Below, one piece after another: positions 8,323-17,037 of a stretch of DNA of 64,000 nucleotides. The notes under the pieces were generated by a model. It was not told where the DNA came from, did no database searches, and saw nothing but the letters and a program-made list of their open reading frames with translations. The DNA is taken from positions 66,177 to 130,176 of the forward strand of contig CAZFYQ010000002.1 of assembly GCA_964523905.1 (NCBI GenBank). The letters run 5' to 3'. The translations under genes were made by a program, and so were the position numbers. Positions within the stretch are counted from its first letter, which is position 1. Each line of letters starts with the position of its first letter. The stretch is from an uncultured Gammaproteobacteria bacterium (GTDB taxonomy: Bacteria > Patescibacteriota > Microgenomatia > Daviesbacterales > UBA10151).

Positions 8323-9198
8323 ATGCAGTGGCATAAGTGGTTTATACCCCATCGTGATACTCATCAAAAAGCTCACCTACTTTCCTGGCAGGCCATGCTG
8401 GTGTATGTGCTGGTGTTTATCCTAATCCAAGTTAGTTTTTCCGTTGTTTCCTATACTAAGCCCGGAGTTTTGGGAATTACTGCTAATTTAGATCAAAAAC
8501 AACTTATTGCCCTAACCAACGTGGAACGCGCTAAGAAAGGTCTACCTCCCTTAACCGAAAATGATGCTTTGGATAAGGCAGCTGCCTTGAAAGCCCAAAA
8601 TATGTTCGCCGAAAATTACTGGGCTCATTTTGCACCAAGCGGGAAGACCCCTTGGGATTTTATTTTAGGTGCCGGGTATAAATTTACTTTTGCCGGAGAA
8701 AACCTAGCCAAAAATTTCTATAGTTCCCCGGAAGTAGTAAATGCCTGGATGAATTCCCCAACTCATCGGGATAATTTGTTAAATGGAAGTTACAAAGACA
8801 TTGGTATTGCCATTGCTGAAGGTACTTTAAATGGCCAAAAAACTACTTTAGTGGTGCAGGAATTTGGTACTACTGATTTTATTGCTCAAAAGCCGGCGGT
8901 TTCAGTCCAAGGTAAAAGTGTGGCAGTGCCGGATGCTGATTTAGCTTCTACTAAGCCGGCTTTGGCACCACCAACAGTAGAAGCGGCCACTACTCAGCCT
9001 TTGTTTGATCCGTTTAAATTCTCTAAATACGCCGGATATACCATTATTACAATGCTAGTGGTGTTACTTTTGGTAGATATGTGGGTACTCAGGAGACGGG
9101 GAGTATTTAGACTGTCATCTCATCATATTGCCCATATGGCAATTTTGGGACTGGCTGCCGGATCGTTATTTTTAGCCACACCAGGAGTTGTTCTATGA
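8323..9198 (+). CDS. CAP (SCP/PR1-like) domain protein flanked by an N-terminal and a C-terminal TM segment.
   Basis: The sequence AENYWAHFAPSGKTPWDFILGAGYKFTFAGENLAKNFYSSPEVVNAWMNSPTHRDNLLNGSYKDIGIAIAEG is typical of the CAP / YkwD family. Confidence 0.55.
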   Translation: MQWHKWFIPHRDTHQKAHLLSWQAMLVYVLVFILIQVSFSVVSYTKPGVLGITANLDQKQLIALTNVERAKKGLPPLTENDALDKAAALKAQNMFAENYWAHFAPSGKTPWDFILGAGYKFTFAGENLAKNFYSSPEVVNAWMNSPTHRDNLLNGSYKDIGIAIAEGTLNGQKTTLVVQEFGTTDFIAQKPAVSVQGKSVAVPDADLASTKPALAPPTVEAATTQPLFDPFKFSKYAGYTIITMLVVLLLVDMWVLRRRGVFRLSSHHIAHMAILGLAAGSLFLATPGVVL

Positions 9199-9353
9199 TA
9201 TTAATAAAACTGTTACTAGCAGGAGTGTTATTATATTTAGCCTTTGCCCTGAGGCATCATAAAAAAACCAAAAGTTTGACTTTGGAAATCCTTTTGGAGT
9301 ATCTTTTAATCTCTGCCCTGGTGTTAGTTATTCTTATGGGAGCTTTAACTTAA
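9195..9353 (+). CDS. Small hydrophobic protein of 52 aa. It is below the ORF-track size cutoff.
   Basis: Its ATG overlaps the upstream TGA (ATGA). Its TAA abuts the ATG of the next gene at 9354. The sequence MILIKLLLAGVLLYLAFALRHHKKTKSLTLEILLEYLLISALVLVILMGALT predicts two TM helices. Confidence 0.3.
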   Translation: MILIKLLLAGVLLYLAFALRHHKKTKSLTLEILLEYLLISALVLVILMGALT

Positions 9354-10385
9354 ATGAAAGGAATTATTCCAACCGGTGGTCGTGGTACCAGAATGCGACC
9401 ACTAACTTTTTCAACTAATAAACATTTTATCCCGGTTGCCAACAAGCCCTTAATTTTTTATCCAATAGAAACAGTAGCTGATGCCGGGATTAAAGAAATT
9501 GGCATTACCTATAATCCAGGATATCTGGAAGAGGTTAAGTCGATGCTAGGAGATGGTTCCAGATGGGGTTTAAAGATTACTTATGTGCTGCAGGAAGATC
9601 CTAAAGGTCTGGCCAATATTTTCCAGGTCTGTGAAGAATATTTAAACGGGGAATCATTTGTCATGCATCTGGGAGACAATATTTTTGTGGATGGAATCTC
9701 TGATTTAGTTTCTCATTTTGAGAAAAACAAACCAGAAGGACTGGTGGCCATGGTTCATCATAAAGAAAACACCCGTTTGGGTGTGCCATATTTTGATGAA
9801 GACGGTCATTTGGTGAAGTATGTTGAAAAACCGGAAAATCCACCTCATGATTTTGCTATTCCAGGCATTTATTTTTTCAGCTCCGTGGTTTTTCGCTGTT
9901 TTAAAGGAGCAGGCGCAATTAAACCATCTCCCAGAGGTGAATATGAAATCAGCGCGCCTTTTCAGTGGTTAATTGACCATGGTTTTAAAGTGGATGTTTT
10001 AGAATATAAAGGTAAATGGCTTGATCCGGGAAAAGTGGATGATTGGTTGGAAGCTAATGAATACATTTTAGGAAAGAATTTAGGGGACAAAGTCCAGCAA
10101 GGTAAAAATACCAAAGTGCGAAATTCCAAAATCACCGGGCCGGTAATACTGGGTGATAATGTGATCATTGAGAATTCAGAAATTGGTCCATTTACTGCAG
10201 TTGGTGACGGCTGTGAAATCATTGGCAGTAAAGTGGGCAGGTCAGTACTAATGAATGGAGTAAGAATTAGTGGAGTTAAGGAACGCCCGGTTGAAAATAG
10301 TTTAATTGGTACTGATACAGAGATAGTAGGTGATGGGGGTAAAACTGAGCTTTTTGTGGGAGAAAAGTGTAAAATTCAACTATGA
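9354..10385 (+). CDS. Sugar-1-phosphate nucleotidylyltransferase. It is a long-form RmlA-like protein with a C-terminal left-handed beta-helix.
   Basis: The N-terminal motif is GGRGTRMRPLT. The C-terminus carries hexapeptide repeats (GPVILGDNVIIENSEIGPFTAVGDGCEIIGSKVG). It is 343 aa. Confidence 0.7.
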   Translation: MKGIIPTGGRGTRMRPLTFSTNKHFIPVANKPLIFYPIETVADAGIKEIGITYNPGYLEEVKSMLGDGSRWGLKITYVLQEDPKGLANIFQVCEEYLNGESFVMHLGDNIFVDGISDLVSHFEKNKPEGLVAMVHHKENTRLGVPYFDEDGHLVKYVEKPENPPHDFAIPGIYFFSSVVFRCFKGAGAIKPSPRGEYEISAPFQWLIDHGFKVDVLEYKGKWLDPGKVDDWLEANEYILGKNLGDKVQQGKNTKVRNSKITGPVILGDNVIIENSEIGPFTAVGDGCEIIGSKVGRSVLMNGVRISGVKERPVENSLIGTDTEIVGDGGKTELFVGEKCKIQL

Positions 10386-11386
10386 AGCTTCTAGTAACAG
10401 GCGGAGCCGGTTTTATTGGCTCTAATTTTATTCATTATTGGTTAAAAAAACACCCGGATGATCAGATTGTTAATCTTGATGCGTTAACTTATGCGGGTCA
10501 TTTAGAGTCGCTTAAGGATATTAAAGATAACCCCAACTACCAGTTTATTGAAGGTAGTATTACAAATTCTGAAGATGTAAAAAATGCCATGACCGGAGTA
10601 GATTTAGTAGTTCACTTTGCTGCTGAATCTCATGTGGATCGGTCAATTATAGATCCACTGGCTTTTGTTAAAACCAATGTTTTGGGAACTGCAGAGTTAC
10701 TTAATGCTGCCTTAAATGCCAAGGTAAAACGATTTCACCATATCAGTACTGATGAAGTTTTTGGAGAACTTGGTCCTAATGATCCCGCTTTTAATGAAAA
10801 TAGTCCATATAAAGGTCGTACGCCCTATGCTAGCTCAAAAGCAGGGTCAGATTTGTTAGTAAGAGCTTATTTTGAAACTTATGGACTGCCAGTGACTATT
10901 ACTAATTGTGCCAATAATTTTGGGCCATTTCATGATCCGGAAAAATTATTTCCCAGATTTATTACCAATTTATTAGAAAATAAAAAAGTGCCTTTAATGG
11001 GAAAAGGAGAAAACATAAGACCTTGGTTATATGTCGAAGATCATTGTCGAGGGATTGAGCTAGTAATTGAAAAAGGGGAACTGGGGGAAACCTATTGTAT
11101 CGGTGGTGAAGAACAAACTAATTTAGAGGTGACCCAAAAAATAATTAAACTATTAGGAAAAGATGAAAGTTTTATAGAGTATGTCGAACATCGTTTAGGT
11201 CATGATTTCCGTTATGCCCTGGATAGTTCTAAAATTATGGCATTGGGTTGGAAACCAGAGCATAATTTTGATGAATGGTTAGAAAAAACAGTAGAGTGGT
11301 ATAAACAAAATGAATGGTGGTGGAAACCGCTTAAAGAGGGTCGGCCAAATGTAGATGCTTCGGCCCAAAAATCTTATGCAAAATAA
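10382..11386 (+). CDS. rfbB: dTDP-glucose 4,6-dehydratase.
   Basis: It has the Rossmann motif TGGAGFIGSNF, plus YAGHLESL, TDEVFG and YASSKAGSD. It is 334 aa. Confidence 0.8.
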   Translation: MKLLVTGGAGFIGSNFIHYWLKKHPDDQIVNLDALTYAGHLESLKDIKDNPNYQFIEGSITNSEDVKNAMTGVDLVVHFAAESHVDRSIIDPLAFVKTNVLGTAELLNAALNAKVKRFHHISTDEVFGELGPNDPAFNENSPYKGRTPYASSKAGSDLLVRAYFETYGLPVTITNCANNFGPFHDPEKLFPRFITNLLENKKVPLMGKGENIRPWLYVEDHCRGIELVIEKGELGETYCIGGEEQTNLEVTQKIIKLLGKDESFIEYVEHRLGHDFRYALDSSKIMALGWKPEHNFDEWLEKTVEWYKQNEWWWKPLKEGRPNVDASAQKSYAK

Positions 11387-11918
11387 CTATATTAAAGAAA
11401 CTTCTATTCCAGGTTTATTAATTTTAGAACGACCGATTCATCAGGATGACCGCGGATTTTTCCGGGAACTGTTTCATTTAGATGAGTTAGAAGAAGCATC
11501 CGGAATTTCTTTTAAAGCAATTCAAATGAATCATTCTCATTCCGAGCCGGGAGTGCTTCGGGGAATCCATGCGGAGCAGTGGAATAAAATTATCTATCCG
11601 ATAAATGGAGCAGCCTTTTTAGCAATTGTTGATATTCGTCCTGACTCCCCTACTTTTAAAAAGGTGGAAACTTTTAATATTAATGACAATAACCGGATTG
11701 GTTTATTTATTCCCAATGGTTTGGCAAATTCTGTTTGCGTCACAGGTAAAACCGCTGTTGATTATGTTTATTTGGTAGATGCCTACTGGGATGGTTCTGA
11801 TACACGGGCCATTGCCTGGGATGATCCGGAGTTAAATATTGATTGGCCGATTAAAAATCCGATTCTGTCAGAAAGGGATAAGAATAACCCTAGACTTAGG
11901 GATTTATTTCCGCTATAG
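11376..11918 (+). CDS. rfbC: dTDP-4-dehydrorhamnose 3,5-epimerase.
   Basis: It has a cupin fold signature (IPGLLILERPIHQDDRGFFRELF). The likely ATG is at 11376, overlapping the rfbB stop. Confidence 0.75.
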   Translation: MQNNYIKETSIPGLLILERPIHQDDRGFFRELFHLDELEEASGISFKAIQMNHSHSEPGVLRGIHAEQWNKIIYPINGAAFLAIVDIRPDSPTFKKVETFNINDNNRIGLFIPNGLANSVCVTGKTAVDYVYLVDAYWDGSDTRAIAWDDPELNIDWPIKNPILSERDKNNPRLRDLFPL

Positions 11919-11927
11919 TATTTGAAA

Positions 11928-12938
11928 ATGGCTAAACGAGCTTTTATTACCGGTATCTCCGGACAAGACGGATCTTATCTTTCAGAATTGCTACTGGATA
12001 AGGGTTATGAAGTAGGTGGTTTAATGCGCCGCAATGCGGTGGGGGAATTGGGTAACATTGAACACATTAAAGAAGACATCAAGATCTATTATGGTGATTT
12101 ACAGTCTCCTGAATCAATTGCCTTGGCTTTGGTAGATTTTAAACCGGACGAAGTTTATAATTTGGCTTCCCTGTCATCCCCTTTTGCTTCTTTTAGCGAT
12201 CGATTTGCCTCAATTATGATTACTGGCGTGGGGGCTTTACATGTTTTTGAAAGAGCAAAACAAATTGTCCCGGAGGCTAAAATTTATCAGGCTTCCACCT
12301 CAGAAATGTTTGGTGCTCCTAAAAATATTCCTCAAGATGAAAATACACCGTTTAATCCAGCCAATCCATATGCAGCTTCTAAAGAATTTGCCCACCGGAT
12401 GGCAGTAATTTCCCGTCATGATAAAAAATCTCCCCAGTTTATTTCCTGTGGAATTTTGTTTAATCATGAATCACCCAGACGCGGTATTAATTTTGTCACC
12501 AGAAAAATAACTGCTGCAGTGGCTTGTATAAAAAATAATAAAAAAGAGGGAATTCCCTTAAATGAACTGGGAGACCCGATTATAAAAGACGGTAAATTAA
12601 AGTTGGGTGATTTAACTGCCAAAAGAGACTGGGGATTTTCTCCGGATTATGTGGAAGCAATGTGGTTGATGTTACAGCAAGACAAACCAGATGATTTTGT
12701 AGTTGCTACTGGTGAAATCCATACAGTGGGAGAATTTGCCAAAGAAGCTTTTGCAGTGGTGGGGCTTGATGCTGACGATTACATTGTAACTGATCCTAGT
12801 TTTGTGCCACCGGTTGCAACTGGCCCTCTTTGTGGAGATGCGTCTAAAGCTAAAAAGGTTTTGGGTTGGGAGTCAAAAACTAAGTTTCAAGATTTGGTAA
12901 AAATAATGGTCCATTCAGATTTAGCCAAATTCTCCTAA
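11928..12938 (+). CDS. gmd: GDP-mannose 4,6-dehydratase.
   Basis: ITGISGQDGSYLSELLLDKGYEVGGLMRR matches the Gmd N-terminus. YAASK is the SDR catalytic motif. Confidence 0.65.
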   Translation: MAKRAFITGISGQDGSYLSELLLDKGYEVGGLMRRNAVGELGNIEHIKEDIKIYYGDLQSPESIALALVDFKPDEVYNLASLSSPFASFSDRFASIMITGVGALHVFERAKQIVPEAKIYQASTSEMFGAPKNIPQDENTPFNPANPYAASKEFAHRMAVISRHDKKSPQFISCGILFNHESPRRGINFVTRKITAAVACIKNNKKEGIPLNELGDPIIKDGKLKLGDLTAKRDWGFSPDYVEAMWLMLQQDKPDDFVVATGEIHTVGEFAKEAFAVVGLDADDYIVTDPSFVPPVATGPLCGDASKAKKVLGWESKTKFQDLVKIMVHSDLAKFS

Positions 12939-12980
12939 GTATCTTGTAAAAATCTTTCTGTTTACTTATAATCGTAGCAG

Positions 12981-13007
12981 AAAATCCTGCTTTCTTAAAG
13001 CAGGATT
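12981..13007. other. Perfect 11-bp stem-loop with no U-tract. It could be an attenuator, a terminator or an RNA processing site.
   Basis: AAAATCCTGCTTT-CTTAA-AGCAGGATT. Confidence 0.3.
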
Positions 13008-13112
13008 GAATGCAAGATTACAGTCTTCCGTGGACATTGCAATTTCTGCTACTTCTTGTAAACTTAAGAAGACCGCTGACTTTCAGTCCGCGGAAGTTTA
13101 TACTCGATCAAT

Positions 13113-14297
13113 ATGAAAAAAGTCTCAGTAGTGCTTCCTACATATAATGAAAAAGCCAACCTAGAATCGACCATTAACAAGATTTTTGCCCAGGAAAAGA
13201 ATTTACCAGGTTGGGAAATGCATATTATCGTCGCTGATGATATCCGATCTTCTGATGGTACAGACCTGATTGCCAAAAAGTTAGCAGCAAAAAATCCCCG
13301 GATTCATTTAATCAAAGTTGAACCGGGTTTAGGAGTTGGTTTAATTAAAGGGCACCAATATGCTATCGAGCATATTCATCCGGATGTGCTAGCACAACTG
13401 GATGCTGACGGTCAGGTAGAGGCAGATGTAGTAGTGCGCTTGGTCAAAGGAGTAGATCAGGGCTATGATTTTGTAATTGGTTCCCGGCATGTAGAAGGTG
13501 GAAAGAATAATTTAAGCTTGTCTCGCAGAATTTTTACTTTGGGGTCTTCCTGGGTTTGCCGGATTTTAATGGGACCAATGAATGTTAAAGAATTTTCCAA
13601 CTCGGCCAGGGCTTTTACACCGGCAATTTTTAATAAACTTAATTTAGATCGGCTTCCTTGGAAAGAAACCACTTTTATTGTCCAGCCGGCTTTTTTACAT
13701 GAAATGATGCTGGCAGGTGCTAAATATAAAGAAGTGCCCTTAATCTTTAAAAATCGTTTGGAAGGATATTCTAAAAACAAAGTTTTAAATTACACGTATG
13801 ACACCATTACTTATTGTTTTGATGCTTTTTTACACAGACTAGGTATTAATTTTCCTTTTTATAAATTTACTCATCGGATCAAAACCTTTGTTAAGTTTGC
13901 TATGGTTGGACTAATGGGCACGATTATTGATTTTTTGTTCTATAAAATTTTTATTAGGGCATTTGGACTGCCTCCGGCTACTTCCAAGGGATTCTCGGCT
14001 GAAATTGCCATCCTTTGTAATTTTGTCTTAAATAATTCCTGGACTTTTAAACATCGCAAAACCAAAACTAACACTTGGCAGAAACTGGGTATTTATAATT
14101 TGGTTAGTTTAGGAGGGTTAATAATTGGAGTATTCGTAGTTAAATATCTGCATAATCTTTATGGGGACGGTTCAATTCCTTTATTTGGTCATCCAGTGGC
14201 TTACAATAACTTTTACTTTTTAGCCACCATTCCTCCGGTGATGGTTTGGAACTTTGTAGTTAACCACTTTGTTACCTGGCGCCATCACAAGGAATGA
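13113..14297 (+). CDS. Polyprenyl-phosphate sugar synthase (GT2, Dpm1/GtrB-like) fused to a C-terminal GtrA-like 4-TM domain.
   Basis: The N-terminal half reads VVLPTYNEKANL...DDIRSSDGTD...QLDADGQV. The C-terminal segment FAMVGLMGTIIDFLFYKIF...AEIAILCNFVLNNSWTFKHR matches the GtrA family pattern. Confidence 0.7.
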   Translation: MKKVSVVLPTYNEKANLESTINKIFAQEKNLPGWEMHIIVADDIRSSDGTDLIAKKLAAKNPRIHLIKVEPGLGVGLIKGHQYAIEHIHPDVLAQLDADGQVEADVVVRLVKGVDQGYDFVIGSRHVEGGKNNLSLSRRIFTLGSSWVCRILMGPMNVKEFSNSARAFTPAIFNKLNLDRLPWKETTFIVQPAFLHEMMLAGAKYKEVPLIFKNRLEGYSKNKVLNYTYDTITYCFDAFLHRLGINFPFYKFTHRIKTFVKFAMVGLMGTIIDFLFYKIFIRAFGLPPATSKGFSAEIAILCNFVLNNSWTFKHRKTKTNTWQKLGIYNLVSLGGLIIGVFVVKYLHNLYGDGSIPLFGHPVAYNNFYFLATIPPVMVWNFVVNHFVTWRHHKE

Positions 14298-15412
14298 AAC
14301 TGCTTTTGATTTCCATTCCGGGAATTTTACTAATTAGTTTACTGGTTAGTGCACTTTTTCCACTACAATATCAGCCCCAGCCACTTTTTTTATCCGAATT
14401 AATAAATCATTCTCTTGGTGTTCCTTGGCAAATAATGCCGCTGTTTTGGTTGGGTAATTTGATTGTGATTTTTCTAATTGGCAAGCAATTATTTAATCGA
14501 AAACTGGGGTTACTCAGCAGTTTGATTTATAGCATAACACCCTATTTTGCTTATCTAACAGTTGCCGGTTCTTTTTACCTATATTTAAGCTTTTGGTTTT
14601 TGTTGCTATATTACGCTTTGTTAAAATCTAAACAGGGAAATTTATTCAAAGCAGTAGTAGTGATTAGTGTGGCAATAATTTGTTTTAGCTCTTTGTTTGG
14701 AGTGGTTTTATTAACTGGAGTAGCTTTTCTTAATCAGTCACGAATTTTTCTTAAAAGCTTAGCAGTATCAATAATAATTTTAGCTGTCTTTTGTTCTTTA
14801 AATTTTGCCGCTTTTAAAAATATTGCCAGTAATCAGATTACTTTTTTAGCCGACCCGGCGGTTTATCACAATGTGGACATTTTTCAAGGTGAGTCAAAGG
14901 CAGCTGGATACAAAATTGTAAGTCGATTAGTGGAGAATAAATATTTATACATTAGTAAATATCTATTATTAAAATTTTTGACAAATATTAATCCTTTAAT
15001 CTTTTTTACTGCTCAGGAAAAAATGTTGGGATTTTCTTTTACACCGCCTTTTTATCTAGGTTTATTAATACCTTTTTTCTTTGGGCTTTATAAACTGTTA
15101 CAAACCAAACAGATCAAAAAGTTAATCCTACTTTCTGTTATTTTGACATTACCGTCATTTTTCGGACAGAGTTTAATTGATTTAAACCGGGTAGTAATTC
15201 TGGCTCCGGTAATATTATTTGTGATCATTTTTGGACTGTGGGAAATTTATCAAATTAAATCTTTTACCATAAAAAAAACTATCTTGGGGTTGATGATGCT
15301 AATGCTGATAGTGCAAGTCTTAAGCATGTGTTTCGATATTAGGATGAGGGAATATCCTCGTTTTTTAAGATATCAAAGTAACTTTTATAATTTTAGTTTA
15401 GGGAAACAATGA
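14294..15412 (+). CDS. Hypothetical polytopic membrane protein. It may be a divergent GT-C protein.
   Basis: It is 372 aa with many TM helices. Its start overlaps the upstream stop (ATGA). Confidence 0.4.
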   Translation: MKLLLISIPGILLISLLVSALFPLQYQPQPLFLSELINHSLGVPWQIMPLFWLGNLIVIFLIGKQLFNRKLGLLSSLIYSITPYFAYLTVAGSFYLYLSFWFLLLYYALLKSKQGNLFKAVVVISVAIICFSSLFGVVLLTGVAFLNQSRIFLKSLAVSIIILAVFCSLNFAAFKNIASNQITFLADPAVYHNVDIFQGESKAAGYKIVSRLVENKYLYISKYLLLKFLTNINPLIFFTAQEKMLGFSFTPPFYLGLLIPFFFGLYKLLQTKQIKKLILLSVILTLPSFFGQSLIDLNRVVILAPVILFVIIFGLWEIYQIKSFTIKKTILGLMMLMLIVQVLSMCFDIRMREYPRFLRYQSNFYNFSLGKQ

Positions 15413-17037
15413 GTAAGCAATTGACTGTTTTAATACTAATTCTACTAACTTTGTTTGGTGGGTTTTTACGATTTTATAAAAACACGGAGAATCCCCCCGC
15501 ACTAAATATTGATGAAGTTTCTTTTGGTTATAGCGCTTATTCTATTTTAAAAACCGGCCGCGATGAAAATAATGTTTTTATGCCGGTATTCTTCAAATCC
15601 ACAGGAGATTATAAAAGTCCTGTTTTAACCTATTCATTGGTACCGGCGATTGCGGTATTTGGTTTAAATGAGTTTAGTGTCAGATTTACCACGGCTTTAG
15701 CAGGTACATTATCCATACCGGTATTTTTCCTTTTACTAATTACCTTACTCAAAAACCAAAAAATAGCTTTATACGGGACTATATTACTTACAATTTCTCC
15801 TTGGCATATTTATTATTCCAGGTATGCATCTGAAAGTGTGATTGGTATTTTTTTACTACTACTGGGGTTATGGTGCTTTCTGAAGATGTTTGAGGGAGGT
15901 AAATTCTGGGCAGTAGCAGCATCATTTATGCTTGCTTTATCAATGTATAGCTATCTTTCACCAAGATTATTTATTCCCTTATTTTTGCTGACTATTTTTC
16001 TAAACAAGGCCCGGCAATTAAAAGCTAAATCAGCAAATGTCTGGATATTTATTTTCACTATCCTAATATTAATTTCACCAATGGTCTTTTTGCTGATTTG
16101 GGGTGGTGCTAATAAAAGAGCCGGAATGGTTTTTCTATCTCAGGATATCGACTATACCAGATACGTCATACTTGATCATTCGCATCGTTTAGGTGAGAAT
16201 TTTTTACTATTTTTCTTCTGGGCTAAAAGATATTTAAATTACTTCCAACCGGATTTTTTATTCTCAACAGGATTGAATATGACTATGGCAGGTTCAGGAG
16301 GTTTAGGGGTGCTTTATCTTTTTGAATTACCATGGCTTTGTTTGGGGTTTTTAAAACTAGCTAAAAACAAATTTCCGGGTAAGTCAATTATTATCTATTG
16401 GATTTTACTAGGAATTATACCGGCAACTTTAGCAAATAATGAGCTTAGTTCATCGAGAACTATGTTAGTAGCGCCCGCACTAATTACAATAGTAGCAATC
16501 GGATTAAATTATTTCACAGAATTAATTACTTCAGTAAAAAAAACTGCCCTTAAGATAAGTATCATGCTAATCTATTCAATTTTTATATTAATCATTTTAC
16601 TTCAAGCAATATTAGTATTTGTGGTTCATTTTCCGATACAACAAGGCGAGGCATTCATGGAAGGCACCAAAGAGAGCGTGTTATATGCAATTAATAACAA
16701 GGATCAATACAAAGAAATAGTTTACGATCCTTTTCGGGGGATAGAGGCGCCTAATATTGTAAATATTCCCTATATGTATATTTTGTTTTATTCAAAATAT
16801 GATCCGGCCAAATTTCAAACCGAGCCAAAAATATCAATTAATGATTCCTTTCATTTTGATAAATACACCATCAGAAGTATTAACTGGAGAGAACATGCGG
16901 ACCGGGAAAGGAAAGGTACTTTATTTATTGGTAGCCCTTGGAGTTTACCGGAAAAGGATTTAAAAGATGCTAGGATTTTAAAGAAAATTTACTTAAGTAA
17001 TGGTAGCTTGGCTTTAATAATTGTCACACCCAATTAG
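15409..17037 (+). CDS. PMT/ArnT-like GT-C glycosyltransferase (GT39/GT83-type).
   Basis: The loop-1 motif is NIDEVSFGYSAYSILKTGRDENNVFMPVFF. The protein is polytopic and 542 aa. The same motif recurs in 7 paralogs. Confidence 0.65.
   Translation: MSKQLTVLILILLTLFGGFLRFYKNTENPPALNIDEVSFGYSAYSILKTGRDENNVFMPVFFKSTGDYKSPVLTYSLVPAIAVFGLNEFSVRFTTALAGTLSIPVFFLLLITLLKNQKIALYGTILLTISPWHIYYSRYASESVIGIFLLLLGLWCFLKMFEGGKFWAVAASFMLALSMYSYLSPRLFIPLFLLTIFLNKARQLKAKSANVWIFIFTILILISPMVFLLIWGGANKRAGMVFLSQDIDYTRYVILDHSHRLGENFLLFFFWAKRYLNYFQPDFLFSTGLNMTMAGSGGLGVLYLFELPWLCLGFLKLAKNKFPGKSIIIYWILLGIIPATLANNELSSSRTMLVAPALITIVAIGLNYFTELITSVKKTALKISIMLIYSIFILIILLQAILVFVVHFPIQQGEAFMEGTKESVLYAINNKDQYKEIVYDPFRGIEAPNIVNIPYMYILFYSKYDPAKFQTEPKISINDSFHFDKYTIRSINWREHADRERKGTLFIGSPWSLPEKDLKDARILKKIYLSNGSLALIIVTPN

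Noticed and set aside
9661-10222. Two small minus-strand ORFs of 60 and 86 aa inside the rmlA-like gene.
   Set aside because: They are antisense to a gene with strong nucleotidyltransferase motifs.
12939-13112. A possible tRNA or tmRNA in the longest intergenic region.
   Set aside because: There is no T-loop GTTCRANYC-like box and no cloverleaf-compatible arrangement. Only simple hairpins are present.
13064-13780. Minus-strand ORFs of 70 and 105 aa overlapping the leader and the first GT2 gene.
   Set aside because: They are antisense to a motif-rich GT2 gene. The first one spans the structured leader instead.
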